A stretch of DNA of 64,000 nt from Candidatus Nomurabacteria bacterium (GCA_023898605.1 CP060230.1:131944-195943), one strand, 5' to 3'; positions 39,449 through 48,974 are shown, numbered from the stretch's first letter. The notes: generated by a model not told the origin, from the sequence alone. Program-made: numbers and translations.

Positions 39449-39745
39449 CTAAGAAGTGGCTATTTTAGTCAGCATCTCAGGAAGATTTTCCAGAAAATTT
39501 TCCACGCTGGGAAAAATATTTCTTTTGGTCCGAGGTTCGCCGTATCGACTGAGGCTAATGCTTCCGTCGATATTTACTGCCACAAGTCCTATGTACTTAT
39601 CACTGGTCCTGATTGTAACAGTGGTACCGATTCCACTGTAGAAAGATGGCTCATTGAAAGATATATCTTTTCCAAGTTCTTCCATGATCTTAGGCAAGAT
39701 TTGATCAACTATCTTTCCTTGCTCTATTTGATTGAGGTTTCCCAT
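39449..39745 (-). CDS. Hypothetical 98-aa protein
   Basis: More protein-like composition than the overlapping plus-strand ORF 39380..39799. Confidence 0.35.
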   Translation of the reverse strand: MGNLNQIEQGKIVDQILPKIMEELGKDISFNEPSFYSGIGTTVTIRTSDKYIGLVAVNIDGSISLSRYGEPRTKRNIFPSVENFLENLPEMLTKIATS

Positions 39746-39846
39746 AAGTTGTACGTTTTTTCAAAAAATACATTATTTAACCCCATGTGTCAAATATAGA
39801 AATTTGCAAAGTATACATATTTTGTCTAGTATGAACTCAAAAGAAA

Positions 39847-40299
39847 TTGCACATGAACAAACAATTGTTACTCCTAGAAGCCAGGGCAAGAGACCCTGAT
39901 TTTGATTTTAAGGTTGTTTATAGGAAAAGAGGCTCATTGTCTTTGTTTAATCTAGAGATAAGAGAAACAAACGTTTCTTTTTATTATCTGATGGACAAAG
40001 AAAGAAACTGGATTATTCATCCAGAGGCAACTTATAGACCTCAAAAAACTTATACGATAATCGTGAAAGAATATGGGGTCAAAAAAGTAAGCCAGATCGG
40101 AGAATATTCACCTGAAAAAGTTTTGAGGTTTTGGAAAGATTTGAGGTTGGTCGCTAGCGACTTTACCCTTTTGATCAAAACCATGGGATTTCATCAGGTT
40201 TCCAGAGAAACGGCAGCAAAAATCCTTTTTTTGAAAAAGAGAAAAAAAAGGTTGAAAAAAATTGCCAAGAGAATAAACAATCTTCTACCGCCATGGTAA
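39847..40299 (+). CDS. Hypothetical 150-aa basic protein
   Basis: ORF followed by an intrinsic terminator at 40304-40329 (ccgcccc-cacaa-ggggcgg + ttttt). Confidence 0.4.
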   Translation: MHMNKQLLLLEARARDPDFDFKVVYRKRGSLSLFNLEIRETNVSFYYLMDKERNWIIHPEATYRPQKTYTIIVKEYGVKKVSQIGEYSPEKVLRFWKDLRLVASDFTLLIKTMGFHQVSRETAAKILFLKKRKKRLKKIAKRINNLLPPW

Positions 40300-40325
40300 C
40301 CACCCGCCCCCACAAGGGGCGGTTT

Positions 40326-40838
40326 TTATATTTCTAGTATAGATTTTATTTTATCAATATTGTATTGATCTTCTTTTTTAATCCTAACCAATTTTATATT
40401 TGCACTTTCTAAAATCTTTTCTACAACAAAGTCCCTTTCTTTTCTGTCTTCTCTTTCATGAGATTTATCATCAAGTTCTATTGCAACAAGTGGGGTTATG
40501 TATTCTTTATCACAAATCAAAAAATCAACTGATTTTCTCTGTATGTGAGAAAGCGCAGCACTCCAATTTTGACCTTTTATTTTGTGGTCTAAAAATGAAG
40601 AAAGATGTACTTGAGGAAAGATATAATATTTATTACCAAATTCTTGAATCAATAGATTAAATAGTTCTGCCTCACTTTTCGTTATAAGAAACTTCTTCTT
40701 TGAATATTTGTAAATTGGTTTTTTATCTTTTAAAACTTCTTCTTTGTTTCCAGATATTATTTTCCAAATTATCGGAAAAATGGTTACCAATAAAGTACCG
40801 ACAATAATTGTAATAAATATTTTTATTAATCCTTGCAT
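40326..40838 (-). CDS. DUF2726-like (PD-(D/E)xK nuclease-related) protein with N-terminal TM
   Basis: ...SVDFLICDKEYITPLVAIELDDKSHEREDRKERDFVVEKILESANIKLVRIK... matches the DUF2726 core (DFxICD...P..AIELD..SH...R..RD..v...l...G..l.R). Confidence 0.55.
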   Translation of the reverse strand: MQGLIKIFITIIVGTLLVTIFPIIWKIISGNKEEVLKDKKPIYKYSKKKFLITKSEAELFNLLIQEFGNKYYIFPQVHLSSFLDHKIKGQNWSAALSHIQRKSVDFLICDKEYITPLVAIELDDKSHEREDRKERDFVVEKILESANIKLVRIKKEDQYNIDKIKSILEI

Positions 40839-40842
40839 TTCA

Positions 40843-41169
40843 TTAATCTAAATCTTCCAAAGAGTAAATATCGTAAGCCATTTCCTCATACGGATGAACT
40901 TTCTTAACTTCTTCTACAACCTTTTTTATAATTTCTCTTGAAACAATTACTTCTATTCTTTCTTCTTGTACCTCTTCTAGAACTTCAGCTTTTCCAATTG
41001 CTGGATTTGACTCTTTATTTCCTCTAAATCTACCAGTGCCAATAGAAGAAAATGAACAAAAATCATAATTTCCTATAATTCCAGCACCAAGTTCACCTAA
41101 CACTTTTCTTATACCGTCAGAAGAGTTTATGGGAGAAAATATTACAAGTTTTACATTTTTTGAAAGCAT
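40843..41169 (-). CDS. Small alpha/beta protein resembling the NIF3/YqfO C-terminal region (HPYEE-AYD motif)
   Basis: 108 aa ending ...VHPYEEMAYDIYSLE. Family assignment tentative; a CutA-like fold is an alternative. Confidence 0.3.
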   Translation of the reverse strand: MLSKNVKLVIFSPINSSDGIRKVLGELGAGIIGNYDFCSFSSIGTGRFRGNKESNPAIGKAEVLEEVQEERIEVIVSREIIKKVVEEVKKVHPYEEMAYDIYSLEDLD

Positions 41170-41170
41170 T

Positions 41171-41593
41171 TTAATTCCAATTCATCAAGATAATGCCAAA
41201 AATTATAAACATGCTTAACTGATAACCTGCTTGAATCATAAATCTGGAACGCATTATTTTACTAGAATCATTAGTCCACATAGCGCATCCGGCTATAGTC
41301 GGCATAACAAAACCAGCCCAGATCCAAAGTGATCTAGATAGACCTGTTACTGATTGTGTATCGTTTATCAGGTGTGATAATACAAGTACTTGGAATAAAA
41401 CTAGAACAAACTGAATAATATACTGAGGCATAGCCTTTTTCTGCATTTCTTTTCTTCTTGATTCATCCATTTCTGATACGCCAACTATTCTCATCCAGGT
41501 TTTTCCAAAAAGTGGCCCATACCATACTGAGCCCACAACCATTGCGATTACACCACACACTATTATTGCTAAATAATTTATAGATGTTTCCAT
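41171..41593 (-). CDS. DUF1761-like integral membrane protein
   Basis: 140 aa, 4 TM; GSVWYGPLFGKTW motif typical of DUF1761. Confidence 0.4.
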   Translation of the reverse strand: METSINYLAIIVCGVIAMVVGSVWYGPLFGKTWMRIVGVSEMDESRRKEMQKKAMPQYIIQFVLVLFQVLVLSHLINDTQSVTGLSRSLWIWAGFVMPTIAGCAMWTNDSSKIMRSRFMIQAGYQLSMFIIFGIILMNWN

Positions 41594-41674
41594 AAAAAAA
41601 TTGATTACTTTTAATTATTTAAATTATATCATTTTGTAAAATAAAAAGTCTCCTACTAGAGAAGACCTGTGTTT

Positions 41675-41847
41675 TACTGCGAGTTACGAGGCCCGCCATT
41701 TTGATTGGAAGTTTTTTGCTTTGTGGATGGATAACCATAAGGAATGCTTTTGGTACCTTTGATGCCTTTTGCTGCAAAAAGAAACATCAGGATAAACACA
41801 ATTGCAAACAAAATTAATCCAATAGTAATTAATAATGTAATATCCAT
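41675..41847 (-). CDS. Hypothetical 57-aa small membrane protein
   Basis: Own translation (not in the ORF track): MDITLLITIGLILFAIVFILMFLFAAKGIKGTKSIPYGYPSTKQKTSNQNGGPRNSQ; one TM. Confidence 0.25.
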
Positions 41848-41869
41848 GTGCGTTAATTTTATTCAAAGA

Positions 41870-42490
41870 AATGAACGGCCATGCTTACGCACGGCCGTCT
41901 CTGTGGCGGGGTTGCTTAACCCTCAATCTCCCCCGCTTTAAATTCATGACCATGGAAGGGAAATCCCTCCCATGATCGTGAACCTTATGAATAAACCAAC
42001 AAATAATTTATACACACTATAAATCATTTCTTATAAAAAGTCAAAACTGGCCGTCCACGAAGAACGACCAGCCACCTATGAAAACAAACACTACTTGGAC
42101 GAATTACCCCAGGAACTGAGCACGTAAACGTCATTCATGGACCCAGTATCCTGAGACAAAACAACCAAACCAATGGTTAAAAGGTGCCCGGTCCCCCGAC
42201 CGGGCATAGGTGACAGACTTGTTAATAGAATAACAAGACATAGTCACCCGCAAGAACTTTAGTTAGATGTTTTCTAAGATCTATCTATATAAACTGTACT
42301 AGTTATTTGAGAAAATGGCAAGTTTTTGAGCTACCTTAAAAAGCTTGACAAAAAATACGGGATTCGCACCTGGGTTATGCCTTATCAAAAGGGTGGCAAT
42401 GAGAAAGACCCGCGTGAGCGGGCATATATGGGACACATTCCTGATACCTAACGTATCAAGAAAAGGAACCATAAAAAATCGAAAGAAACA
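41870..42490. other. ~620-nt ORF-free region with multiple GC-rich hairpins (candidate structured ncRNA(s), class unknown)
   Basis: No ORF of 60 aa or more on either strand. Hairpins: acggcc-N12-ggccgt (41873-41896); gcgggg/ccccgc with alternative inner gggtt/aaccc pairing (41905-41938); catggaaggga-aat-tccctcccatg (41950-41975); gcccggtc-cccc-gaccgggc (42187-42206); GNRA-type cccgc-gtga-gcggg (42409-42422). Confidence 0.3.
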
Positions 42491-42516
42491 AGCCCGAACG
42501 GATTCCGTTCGGGCTT
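42491..42516. terminator. Terminator hairpin agcccgaacgga-t-tccgttcgggct for the 42515..42961 gene
   Basis: Near-perfect 12-bp stem overlapping the gene's stop codon, followed on the minus strand by a T-run. Confidence 0.6.
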
Positions 42517-42961
42517 AAATTTTAAGCTGACCTACTTTTACACCAGATTGGCTGAAGTATATGCGAACCTTTTTAATATCTTTTTCTACTGCATCTATGT
42601 ATTTTTCGTTTGGTAAGATGAATTTGAAAATTTTGAACTTCTGCTCAACATTTTGAAGTCTTTTTTCTATATTATCTTTCCTGATCAATATATTTCTGAG
42701 TTCAATATTGATATTTGAAAAAAGATAGAAAAAGATAATCTCTCTTACAAAGAAAAACATAGACATAAAAGAAAGAGTTGTCAGTACTGACTTATTTGCT
42801 TTTTCACCTGATGCAAGTGAAATAAAAATCAGAAGGAAACCAGAGGTAAGAAATATCATTATTCCAGTTACAAATTTTGAAACGTCTTTCTTGGCTTCGT
42901 TTGTTTTGAGTTCATCAACAATCTGATGTCCTCTGTCTGAGTATTTGGTTTTGAGGGTCAT
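42515..42961 (-). CDS. Hypothetical membrane protein (2 TM)
   Basis: 148-aa ORF with its own terminator; no family recognised. Confidence 0.4.
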   Translation of the reverse strand: MTLKTKYSDRGHQIVDELKTNEAKKDVSKFVTGIMIFLTSGFLLIFISLASGEKANKSVLTTLSFMSMFFFVREIIFFYLFSNINIELRNILIRKDNIEKRLQNVEQKFKIFKFILPNEKYIDAVEKDIKKVRIYFSQSGVKVGQLKI

Positions 42962-43052
42962 GATAAAGTGCTTTGTTTATTAAAACAATATAAAAATAAG
43001 GCTCTTTTGTCAAACCAAACAAAAATGCCCGGCACAAAGCCAGGCAAATGTT

Positions 43053-43409
43053 TTAATCTACATAACATAGATTGAGTCTATCCATGTTGAGATAGAGACC
43101 TTTCACAAAGTCGTACTTCTCCATGAGCTCATCAAGTGGTTTTTGATACTTACTCCATTGGAAGAAGTAGAAAAACAGTCTTTTGATCAAAGCACTGGAA
43201 ACCTCGTGATTGAGAAGGAATCTTCTCTTGTCGATTTCTTGAGCGATTCTGTCGATAGACTTAACATGACCCCAACATACAAGATTCCAGAAGGCTGTTT
43301 CTTTTTTAGAGATCTTACTGTTTTTCATATATTCGTGAATATCTGCCTCTATTACAGAGAACTTTTCCACGCCACTTGCTGTCCCGACAGTATTTCCTAT
43401 TGTTTTCAT
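43053..43409 (-). CDS. Hypothetical 118-aa protein
   Basis: ORF with protein-like composition; no motif recognised. Confidence 0.35.
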   Translation of the reverse strand: MKTIGNTVGTASGVEKFSVIEADIHEYMKNSKISKKETAFWNLVCWGHVKSIDRIAQEIDKRRFLLNHEVSSALIKRLFFYFFQWSKYQKPLDELMEKYDFVKGLYLNMDRLNLCYVD

Positions 43410-43455
43410 TGGTTGAACGATTTATTTACTCGAACAATACAAAAAGATATACCTT

Positions 43456-44283
43456 TTGTCAAACTTGTTTTATTGTGCTATTGTCTCTCTGAAAGAACAA
43501 AAAAATATGGAAATACTAGTTTTTTGCCTGCTATTTGCAGCGCATCACTACGCATCTTTGTCGATGCAAACCCTGTTTCTTCACCGCTATTCTGCCCACG
43601 GACAGTTTAGTATGGAGCGCAGGACGGAAAAAGTCTTCTTTGCCCTGACCTGGATTTTCCAAGGTTCTAGTTATCTCTCGGCACATGCTTATGGAATCAT
43701 GCACCGCATGCACCACGAGTATGCCGACACAGAACTGGATCCTCACTCACCGAGATTTGTCCGCTATGGTCCGATAGGACTGATGGCGAGAACCTGGAAG
43801 TTCTACAATGGAATATCTTCGGGAAAGATAAAGATTGAGAAAAGGTTTTTGGAAAGATATCTTCCGAAATGGTATAAGTTCGACAGATTTGCTTCTCACT
43901 GGGCGACGAGAGTGTCGTGGATAGGGATTTATGCCCTACTCTACTATGCTATTCTCGGATCTTGGTGGACGATGTGGTTTATGTGGCCGCTTTTCATAAT
44001 CACTATTTTTATGGGACCGACACACGGACTCATAATCAACTACTTCAACCACAAGGTTGGGAGTAAGAAATTTAGTATGAAAAACGACTCTACCAACATA
44101 CCTATAAGTTCGGTCATGCTAGGAGAGAATTATCACAACAACCACCACAAGCATCCATGGAGTCCAGACTTCAGTCTAGGAGAAGGAAGCGATCCTGGGT
44201 ACAGCCTTATGCTGATTCTTGACTATTACAAGGTAATACGTCTAAGACCCGACATCGACACAAATCACGCCAGTAGCTACTAA
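43456..44283 (+). CDS. Membrane fatty-acid desaturase (acyl-lipid/acyl-CoA desaturase family)
   Basis: Three histidine boxes: HRYSAH, HRMHHEYADTELDPHSP, NYHNNHHKHPW. The start may be the internal Met at 43507. Confidence 0.85.
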   Translation: MSNLFYCAIVSLKEQKNMEILVFCLLFAAHHYASLSMQTLFLHRYSAHGQFSMERRTEKVFFALTWIFQGSSYLSAHAYGIMHRMHHEYADTELDPHSPRFVRYGPIGLMARTWKFYNGISSGKIKIEKRFLERYLPKWYKFDRFASHWATRVSWIGIYALLYYAILGSWWTMWFMWPLFIITIFMGPTHGLIINYFNHKVGSKKFSMKNDSTNIPISSVMLGENYHNNHHKHPWSPDFSLGEGSDPGYSLMLILDYYKVIRLRPDIDTNHASSY

Positions 44284-44336
44284 ACTACTGGCTTTTTTTA
44301 TTTAAAATAAAAAGACGCCCGAAGACGCCTTATAAG

Positions 44337-44534
44337 TTATGCGGCTTGTCCTCCACGGATAAGCCTCATTGGTTGGTAAGACCTTTTTTGATCTGGTGTT
44401 TCCTCCTGTATAGGAGTTTGTATAACAAGTTCTTTTTTTCGGTTTTTATAATCCCGAATGATCTTGTTTACAACAAAAACCGCAACACACAAAAGGATCA
44501 AACTTCCCAGAAAAAAATCTGTATTGTATTCCAC
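44337..44534 (-). CDS. Hypothetical 65-aa single-TM protein
   Basis: Short ORF with a hydrophobic N-terminus. Confidence 0.25.
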   Translation of the reverse strand: MEYNTDFFLGSLILLCVAVFVVNKIIRDYKNRKKELVIQTPIQEETPDQKRSYQPMRLIRGGQAA

Positions 44535-44590
44535 TTTAATTTACATTTTTCGTACAAATAATAACATACGAAATAAAGTGTAGTCAATTT

Positions 44591-44636
44591 TTATAGTGTG
44601 GGCGACATAAGAATCGAACTTATGACCTCTGTCTTA
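44591..44636 (-). repeat. 46-bp exact duplicate of the 3' half of tRNA-Ile (T-arm + acceptor 3' strand + anticodon-stem 3' strand)
   Basis: ttatagtgtgggcgacataagaatcgaacttatgacctctgtctta is identical to 44662-44707; the copies are 25 bp apart. Confidence 0.8.
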
Positions 44637-44669
44637 CTGTGCCCCGTATCAAACCAATAAATTATAGTG

Positions 44670-44742
44670 TGGGCGACATAAGAATCGAACTTATGACCTC
44701 TGTCTTATCAGGACAGCGTTCTACCACTGAACTAGTCGCCCA
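44670..44742 (-). tRNA. tRNA-Ile (anticodon GAU)
   Basis: Reverse complement folds as GGGCGAC-TA-GTTCAGTGGTAGAAC-GC-TGTCC/CTGATAA/GGACA..., T-arm GTTCGATTC, acceptor GTCGCCC + A. The anticodon loop CTGATAA gives GAT. No encoded CCA. Confidence 0.85.
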
Positions 44743-44901
44743 TAAGGTTATTGGTTGTGATATTGATGGGGTCAGGACCCCTCGTAATAAATTGCTTTGT
44801 GCGGGGCAGATAGTCGCCCACTCAAAAGCAGTATGAAAGAATATAACAATTTTCCGATTTATTTGCAATTATAGAAAGAAGGGCTATTATGATCATGGTT
44901 T

Positions 44902-45624
44902 ATGAAAGACAATCTAAAACAAGAAATTGCGTGGCTTTTACGTGATAAATACAACGGAATAGTTGGAGAAGAGTTCGAACAAGACACAAAAAGACTAGAG
45001 AAAGGTGAACCTCTGGCCTACGTTATAGGTTGGGTACCGTTTTCTGGTACCCAAATATATCTTGACTCCAAGCCCCTTATTCCTAGGCCTGAAACTGAAT
45101 TTCTAGTAGAAACTATTTCAAAAAACATACCTCAAGAAAAATCTTCAGTTCTGGACTTATGTGCTGGATCTGGTTGTATAGGTATAGCTCTCGCAAAAAA
45201 GTTTCCATCTACAAACATAGACTTTGCCGAAATTGATGAAAATCATCACAAAACAATACAAAAAAACCTAAAAGAAAACCAAATACAAAACAAAACAAAT
45301 ATATTTGGTGGAAATCTATTTGAAAATATAGACAAGAAGTATGACATCATAGTCACAAATCCACCGTACATAGATAGTAGTCTAGACAGAGTTCCAGATT
45401 CTGTACTAAACTACGAACCACACATCGCACTCTTTGGAGGTAAACAAGGCATGGAAATAATAGAAAAAATACTAAACGAGTACAAAAACTATCTAAACGA
45501 TGGAGGGATACTATACCTAGAGCATGAACCAGAACAAACAGAAATCATATCTCGGTTTTCTGGTTTTGAGAAAACTATCAAAGACCAGTTCGATGTAGAT
45601 AGATTTTCTATTTTTAGAAAGTAG
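44902..45624 (+). CDS. prmC: Release-factor glutamine methyltransferase (PrmC/HemK)
   Basis: SAM-binding VLDLCAGSGCIGIALA and catalytic NPPY motif; convergent with prfA. Confidence 0.85.
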   Translation: MKDNLKQEIAWLLRDKYNGIVGEEFEQDTKRLEKGEPLAYVIGWVPFSGTQIYLDSKPLIPRPETEFLVETISKNIPQEKSSVLDLCAGSGCIGIALAKKFPSTNIDFAEIDENHHKTIQKNLKENQIQNKTNIFGGNLFENIDKKYDIIVTNPPYIDSSLDRVPDSVLNYEPHIALFGGKQGMEIIEKILNEYKNYLNDGGILYLEHEPEQTEIISRFSGFEKTIKDQFDVDRFSIFRK

Positions 45625-45625
45625 A

Positions 45626-46636
45626 TTATTCCTCGTCTTCGTCTCCTACTTCACCGCTTTGTATGGCATCTAGGATTTTGTCTATGTTTCCAGACATGAT
45701 ACTTGGCAAGTTTGACCAAGATTGTTTTATTCTGTGATCAGTAACTCTGTCTTGTGGGAAGTTATATGTACGGATTTTCTCGCTTCTGTCCCCTGTTCCG
45801 ATTTGAGCTTTTCTCTCTCCAGCATATTTTTTTGCTTCTTCTTCCTCTTTTAGTTGTTCTAGTTTAGAAATCAAGATAGACATAGCTCTTTCTCTGTTCT
45901 TGAGCTGGCTTCTCTCTGCAGTAGATCGAACATCTATACCAGTGGGTTTGTGGATTATACGTACAGCAGTTTCAACTTTGTTGACGTTTTGTCCACCAGC
46001 ACCACCAGACTTTGAATACTCCATTTCCAAGTCTGAGGGATTTATTTCTATTTTTGTTTTTTTCCTTATCGGCAAGATTGCAACAGTAACTGTCGAAGTA
46101 TGCACTCTACCGTTTTTTTCTGTTTCTGGAATTCTCTGAACTCTGTGTACGCCAGTTTCAAATCGTAGATTTTTATAAATATCTTTTCCTCTCATTTCAA
46201 ACACAACTTCCTTGTACCCACCAACTTCACTCTGTGATTCATCAACCTTGGAATAGTTCCAACCTACTTTTTCTGCATAACTTGTATACATAGCGGCTAG
46301 CTCTGCTGCAAAAAGAGACGCCTCATCTCCACCCGCACCAGCTCTTATTTCCATGATTATCTCGTTTGGAAAAGCTTCTTCTTCTTTCTCACTTTTCCAT
46401 ATTTCTTCAATCTGATTTTTTATAGAATCTATTTGTGTGTTTAGATTGCCCTTTTCTTCATCAACCATGTCTTTCATGTCTTCGTTTTGAGAAAGCAAAA
46501 CATCGAGCTCAGTAAAAGCTCGAGTTAATCTCTCATATTCACTAGCCAAAAACGCTGTTTTTGGATTTTCTTTTGCTTCCTCTATGTTGAAATTTTCGTT
46601 TTCCATAAAAATAGACAAGGAGCATTGCCTAAACAA
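45626..46636 (-). CDS. prfA: Peptide chain release factor 1
   Basis: GGQ motif ([17 protein letters not shown]) and RF1-type tripeptide region ([21 protein letters not shown]). Confidence 0.93.
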   Translation of the reverse strand: MFRQCSLSIFMENENFNIEEAKENPKTAFLASEYERLTRAFTELDVLLSQNEDMKDMVDEEKGNLNTQIDSIKNQIEEIWKSEKEEEAFPNEIIMEIRAGAGGDEASLFAAELAAMYTSYAEKVGWNYSKVDESQSEVGGYKEVVFEMRGKDIYKNLRFETGVHRVQRIPETEKNGRVHTSTVTVAILPIRKKTKIEINPSDLEMEYSKSGGAGGQNVNKVETAVRIIHKPTGIDVRSTAERSQLKNRERAMSILISKLEQLKEEEEAKKYAGERKAQIGTGDRSEKIRTYNFPQDRVTDHRIKQSWSNLPSIMSGNIDKILDAIQSGEVGDEDEE

Positions 46637-46654
46637 TGCTCCTAGAAAAGGTAT

Positions 46655-46918
46655 TTATTTTTTTGCAGATTCTGCTTGCTTTTGGAGTTTCTTGAATCTT
46701 TCTACTCTACCAGCTGTGTCGAGAACCTTCTCGTTTCCTGTATAGAATGGGTGAGAAGAGCTTGAGATTTCTACTTTGTATAGAGGATATTCTTTTCCAT
46801 CACCTTTGTACTTACCTGTTTCTTCTGTCTTTATACTAGACATGATCAAATACTGCTCAGAGTTTCCTGAGTCCTCAAAAATCACGTATCTAGCGTCTGG
46901 ATGTATATCTTTTTTCAT
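46655..46918 (-). CDS. rpmE: 50S ribosomal protein L31 (type B, no zinc-binding cysteines)
   Basis: [14 protein letters not shown]...[25 protein letters not shown] matches bL31; no CxxC pairs. Confidence 0.85.
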   Translation of the reverse strand: MKKDIHPDARYVIFEDSGNSEQYLIMSSIKTEETGKYKGDGKEYPLYKVEISSSSHPFYTGNEKVLDTAGRVERFKKLQKQAESAKK

Positions 46919-46963
46919 ACTGGGCTTTATGCTATCACAGTTTTATGAACCTTTCAAGGGCTA

Positions 46964-48361
46964 TTAGATTCCCTCGATTATATCGATATTGGCCTGTATA
47001 GCAGCTGCTTTTGCCATAACCTGATTACCGTAAAATGTGTTTGGAGGACTTTTTGTGTCGCAAACTCGGCCAGAATAATATCTACAAGCAGCGTTTCTCT
47101 CGGCTGTATAGGTCTGAGCTCCAGCGCCTAGGTCTTGCAAATACATAGAAGTAGCAGTTATGGCGTGATAAGGAATCCATGGGTCAGCAACAGCAGCTCC
47201 TACAGAAGCGGCTATTCTGTTCTCAAAGATTTTCCATGTAGAAGGTATAAACTGTGATGGCCCCATAGCACCACCGTACCCTACTCCTCCTATAGGACAA
47301 GAAACTGGTGTGTTATAAGGATCTCTACCGGTTTTAGCTGTTATGTCCAAGAAAGGTGTAACGTCTCTGGTTGGCTTCATAACGTTTGCAAATGGTGTTC
47401 CTGTGTTTTTACCAACTCCAGAACCAGTTACAGGGTCTTTTAGATAACAAGAACCGATATTTGCTCCGTATGCTGATTCCTGTTCAAGTATCGCAAGCAC
47501 AAGAGCTGGTCTAACGCCTGTTGTTTTAGAAGCAAGATTTGCATAGTCTAGGGCATCTCCAAACGGTATCGCAGCAGTGTCACGAAGTGAGAATAGCGCA
47601 GCACGAAGTTGTGCAGCTCTAGCTTGTCTCTCTGAAAGGATTTTCTGATATTCTGATTCTTTGTTTTTACTTATAGAAAGAAGTTTTTGTTTTTCTGATT
47701 CACTCAACTCTATCTGTTTCTTGGACTGTTCTAGTTCATACTTGGCATCTAGTTCAGCGTTTTGTTTTTCTTGTAGACTTTTCTTTTCTATTTCTGTTTT
47801 GCTTTTTACGTTTTGTAGATTGTCTAGAGAATCCTTGAGAGCGACTCTTATACTCGCATAAGAATCGTTGTCTGAATAATACTCAGAAAGAGACTCGTCA
47901 CCCAAAATTATGTGTAGAATTGTCGTATCTTTGTATTCGTTTGTTTTGCGAAGTAGTTCTGCAATAGAAGACTCCTCTCTTCTTATTTCTTCTTCTAGAG
48001 AAACTATAGTCGAGTTTTTCTGAGATATGTCTTTGGATATATTGTTTATAGCGATAGTTTTTGCTTTTACTTCTGCTTTTGCTTTCTCGATTTTGGAAGT
48101 TAGGACATTGATTTCACCTGTTATGCTTCCAGATTCTTTTTTCTGTGTAGAAAGAGTATTTTCCCATTCAGCAATTTCTTTCAAAAGAGCGTTGTATTCT
48201 GCTTCTAGTTTTGCTCTTTCGGCTTCTTGGGTTGATGTAGCTTTGACATGATTTGTTATGTCAAAAATATTTGGCAAAACCAAAGAGGCAAGGATCATGA
48301 TTCCCGCCACTTTTGGAATGAATTTTATAGAATTGTGAAGATTACTCTTCATTTTCGACAT
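46964..48361 (-). CDS. Coiled-coil protein with C-terminal lytic-transglycosylase (SLT/lysozyme-like) domain
   Basis: N-terminal TM, ~250 aa of heptad-like E/K/L-rich sequence, then ...LVLAILEQESAYGANIG... (catalytic E-S motif of SLT domains). Confidence 0.6.
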   Translation of the reverse strand: MSKMKSNLHNSIKFIPKVAGIMILASLVLPNIFDITNHVKATSTQEAERAKLEAEYNALLKEIAEWENTLSTQKKESGSITGEINVLTSKIEKAKAEVKAKTIAINNISKDISQKNSTIVSLEEEIRREESSIAELLRKTNEYKDTTILHIILGDESLSEYYSDNDSYASIRVALKDSLDNLQNVKSKTEIEKKSLQEKQNAELDAKYELEQSKKQIELSESEKQKLLSISKNKESEYQKILSERQARAAQLRAALFSLRDTAAIPFGDALDYANLASKTTGVRPALVLAILEQESAYGANIGSCYLKDPVTGSGVGKNTGTPFANVMKPTRDVTPFLDITAKTGRDPYNTPVSCPIGGVGYGGAMGPSQFIPSTWKIFENRIAASVGAAVADPWIPYHAITATSMYLQDLGAGAQTYTAERNAACRYYSGRVCDTKSPPNTFYGNQVMAKAAAIQANIDIIEGI

Positions 48362-48974
48362 CTTGTTTACCTTTAGATTCTACCTCAATCTGTGATAAAT
48401 CGACATCTGTACTAGTCTCTTCTGATTCTTCTTCTTGTTTCGAAATTGAGGCGATTATATCCTCGTCACTGTGCATATGAGACACACCTTTTGGAAGCTT
48501 TATATCGCCTACGCTTATGTGTGAATCTACACTAGCTAGTGAAGATATATCTACCATTATCTCATGTGGAAGATCTTTTGGAAGACCTGATATGTTCATA
48601 TCGTGCATAACCTTTACCAAAACTCCTTCTCCAGCCCTTACTGCAGGAGAAACTCCTTCAAATTCAAGAGGAATAGAAACCTCGATAGGTTTATTCATAT
48701 CTACTACCAAAAAATCGACGTGTGCTGGTGTATTTCTAACTGGATCAAACTGAACATCATGTATTAGAACATCTAGTTCTTTTCCGCCGTCATTTAGCTT
48801 TATAGTTGTGGATTCTCCAGCTTCAGCAAAAATCTTGTTGAATTCAGTCTGTTTTACTGAAATACTCTTTGTTTCTTTGCCTTGACCATAATAAATAGCT
48901 GGAATATATCCTTGTTTTAGAAGAGCATCTCTCTTCTCATTTGTTCTTTCTTTTGCTTCTATTGTTACTGTCAT
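48342..48974 (-). CDS. rplY: 50S ribosomal protein L25 / general stress protein Ctc
   Basis: ...GYIPAIYYGQGKE...VQFDPVRNTPAHVDFL... bL25 beta-barrel plus an acidic C-terminal extension. Confidence 0.85.
   Translation of the reverse strand: MTVTIEAKERTNEKRDALLKQGYIPAIYYGQGKETKSISVKQTEFNKIFAEAGESTTIKLNDGGKELDVLIHDVQFDPVRNTPAHVDFLVVDMNKPIEVSIPLEFEGVSPAVRAGEGVLVKVMHDMNISGLPKDLPHEIMVDISSLASVDSHISVGDIKLPKGVSHMHSDEDIIASISKQEEESEETSTDVDLSQIEVESKGKQDVENEE

Noticed and set aside
39380-39799. 139-aa plus-strand ORF
   Set aside because: Overlaps the more protein-like minus-strand ORF 39449..39745 and has Cys/His/Arg-rich low-complexity composition.
41870-42490. RNase P RNA / tmRNA / SRP RNA assignment
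   Set aside because: Could not find the P4 consensus (AGGAAAGUCCGGGC...ACAGAAxCCGGCUUA), a tmRNA tag-coding frame with a tRNA-like 3' end, or the SRP domain IV motif. Left as unclassified structured RNA.
44591-44660. Second tRNA gene
   Set aside because: Only the 3' 46 nt of tRNA-Ile are duplicated; no D-arm or anticodon arm, so no functional tRNA.
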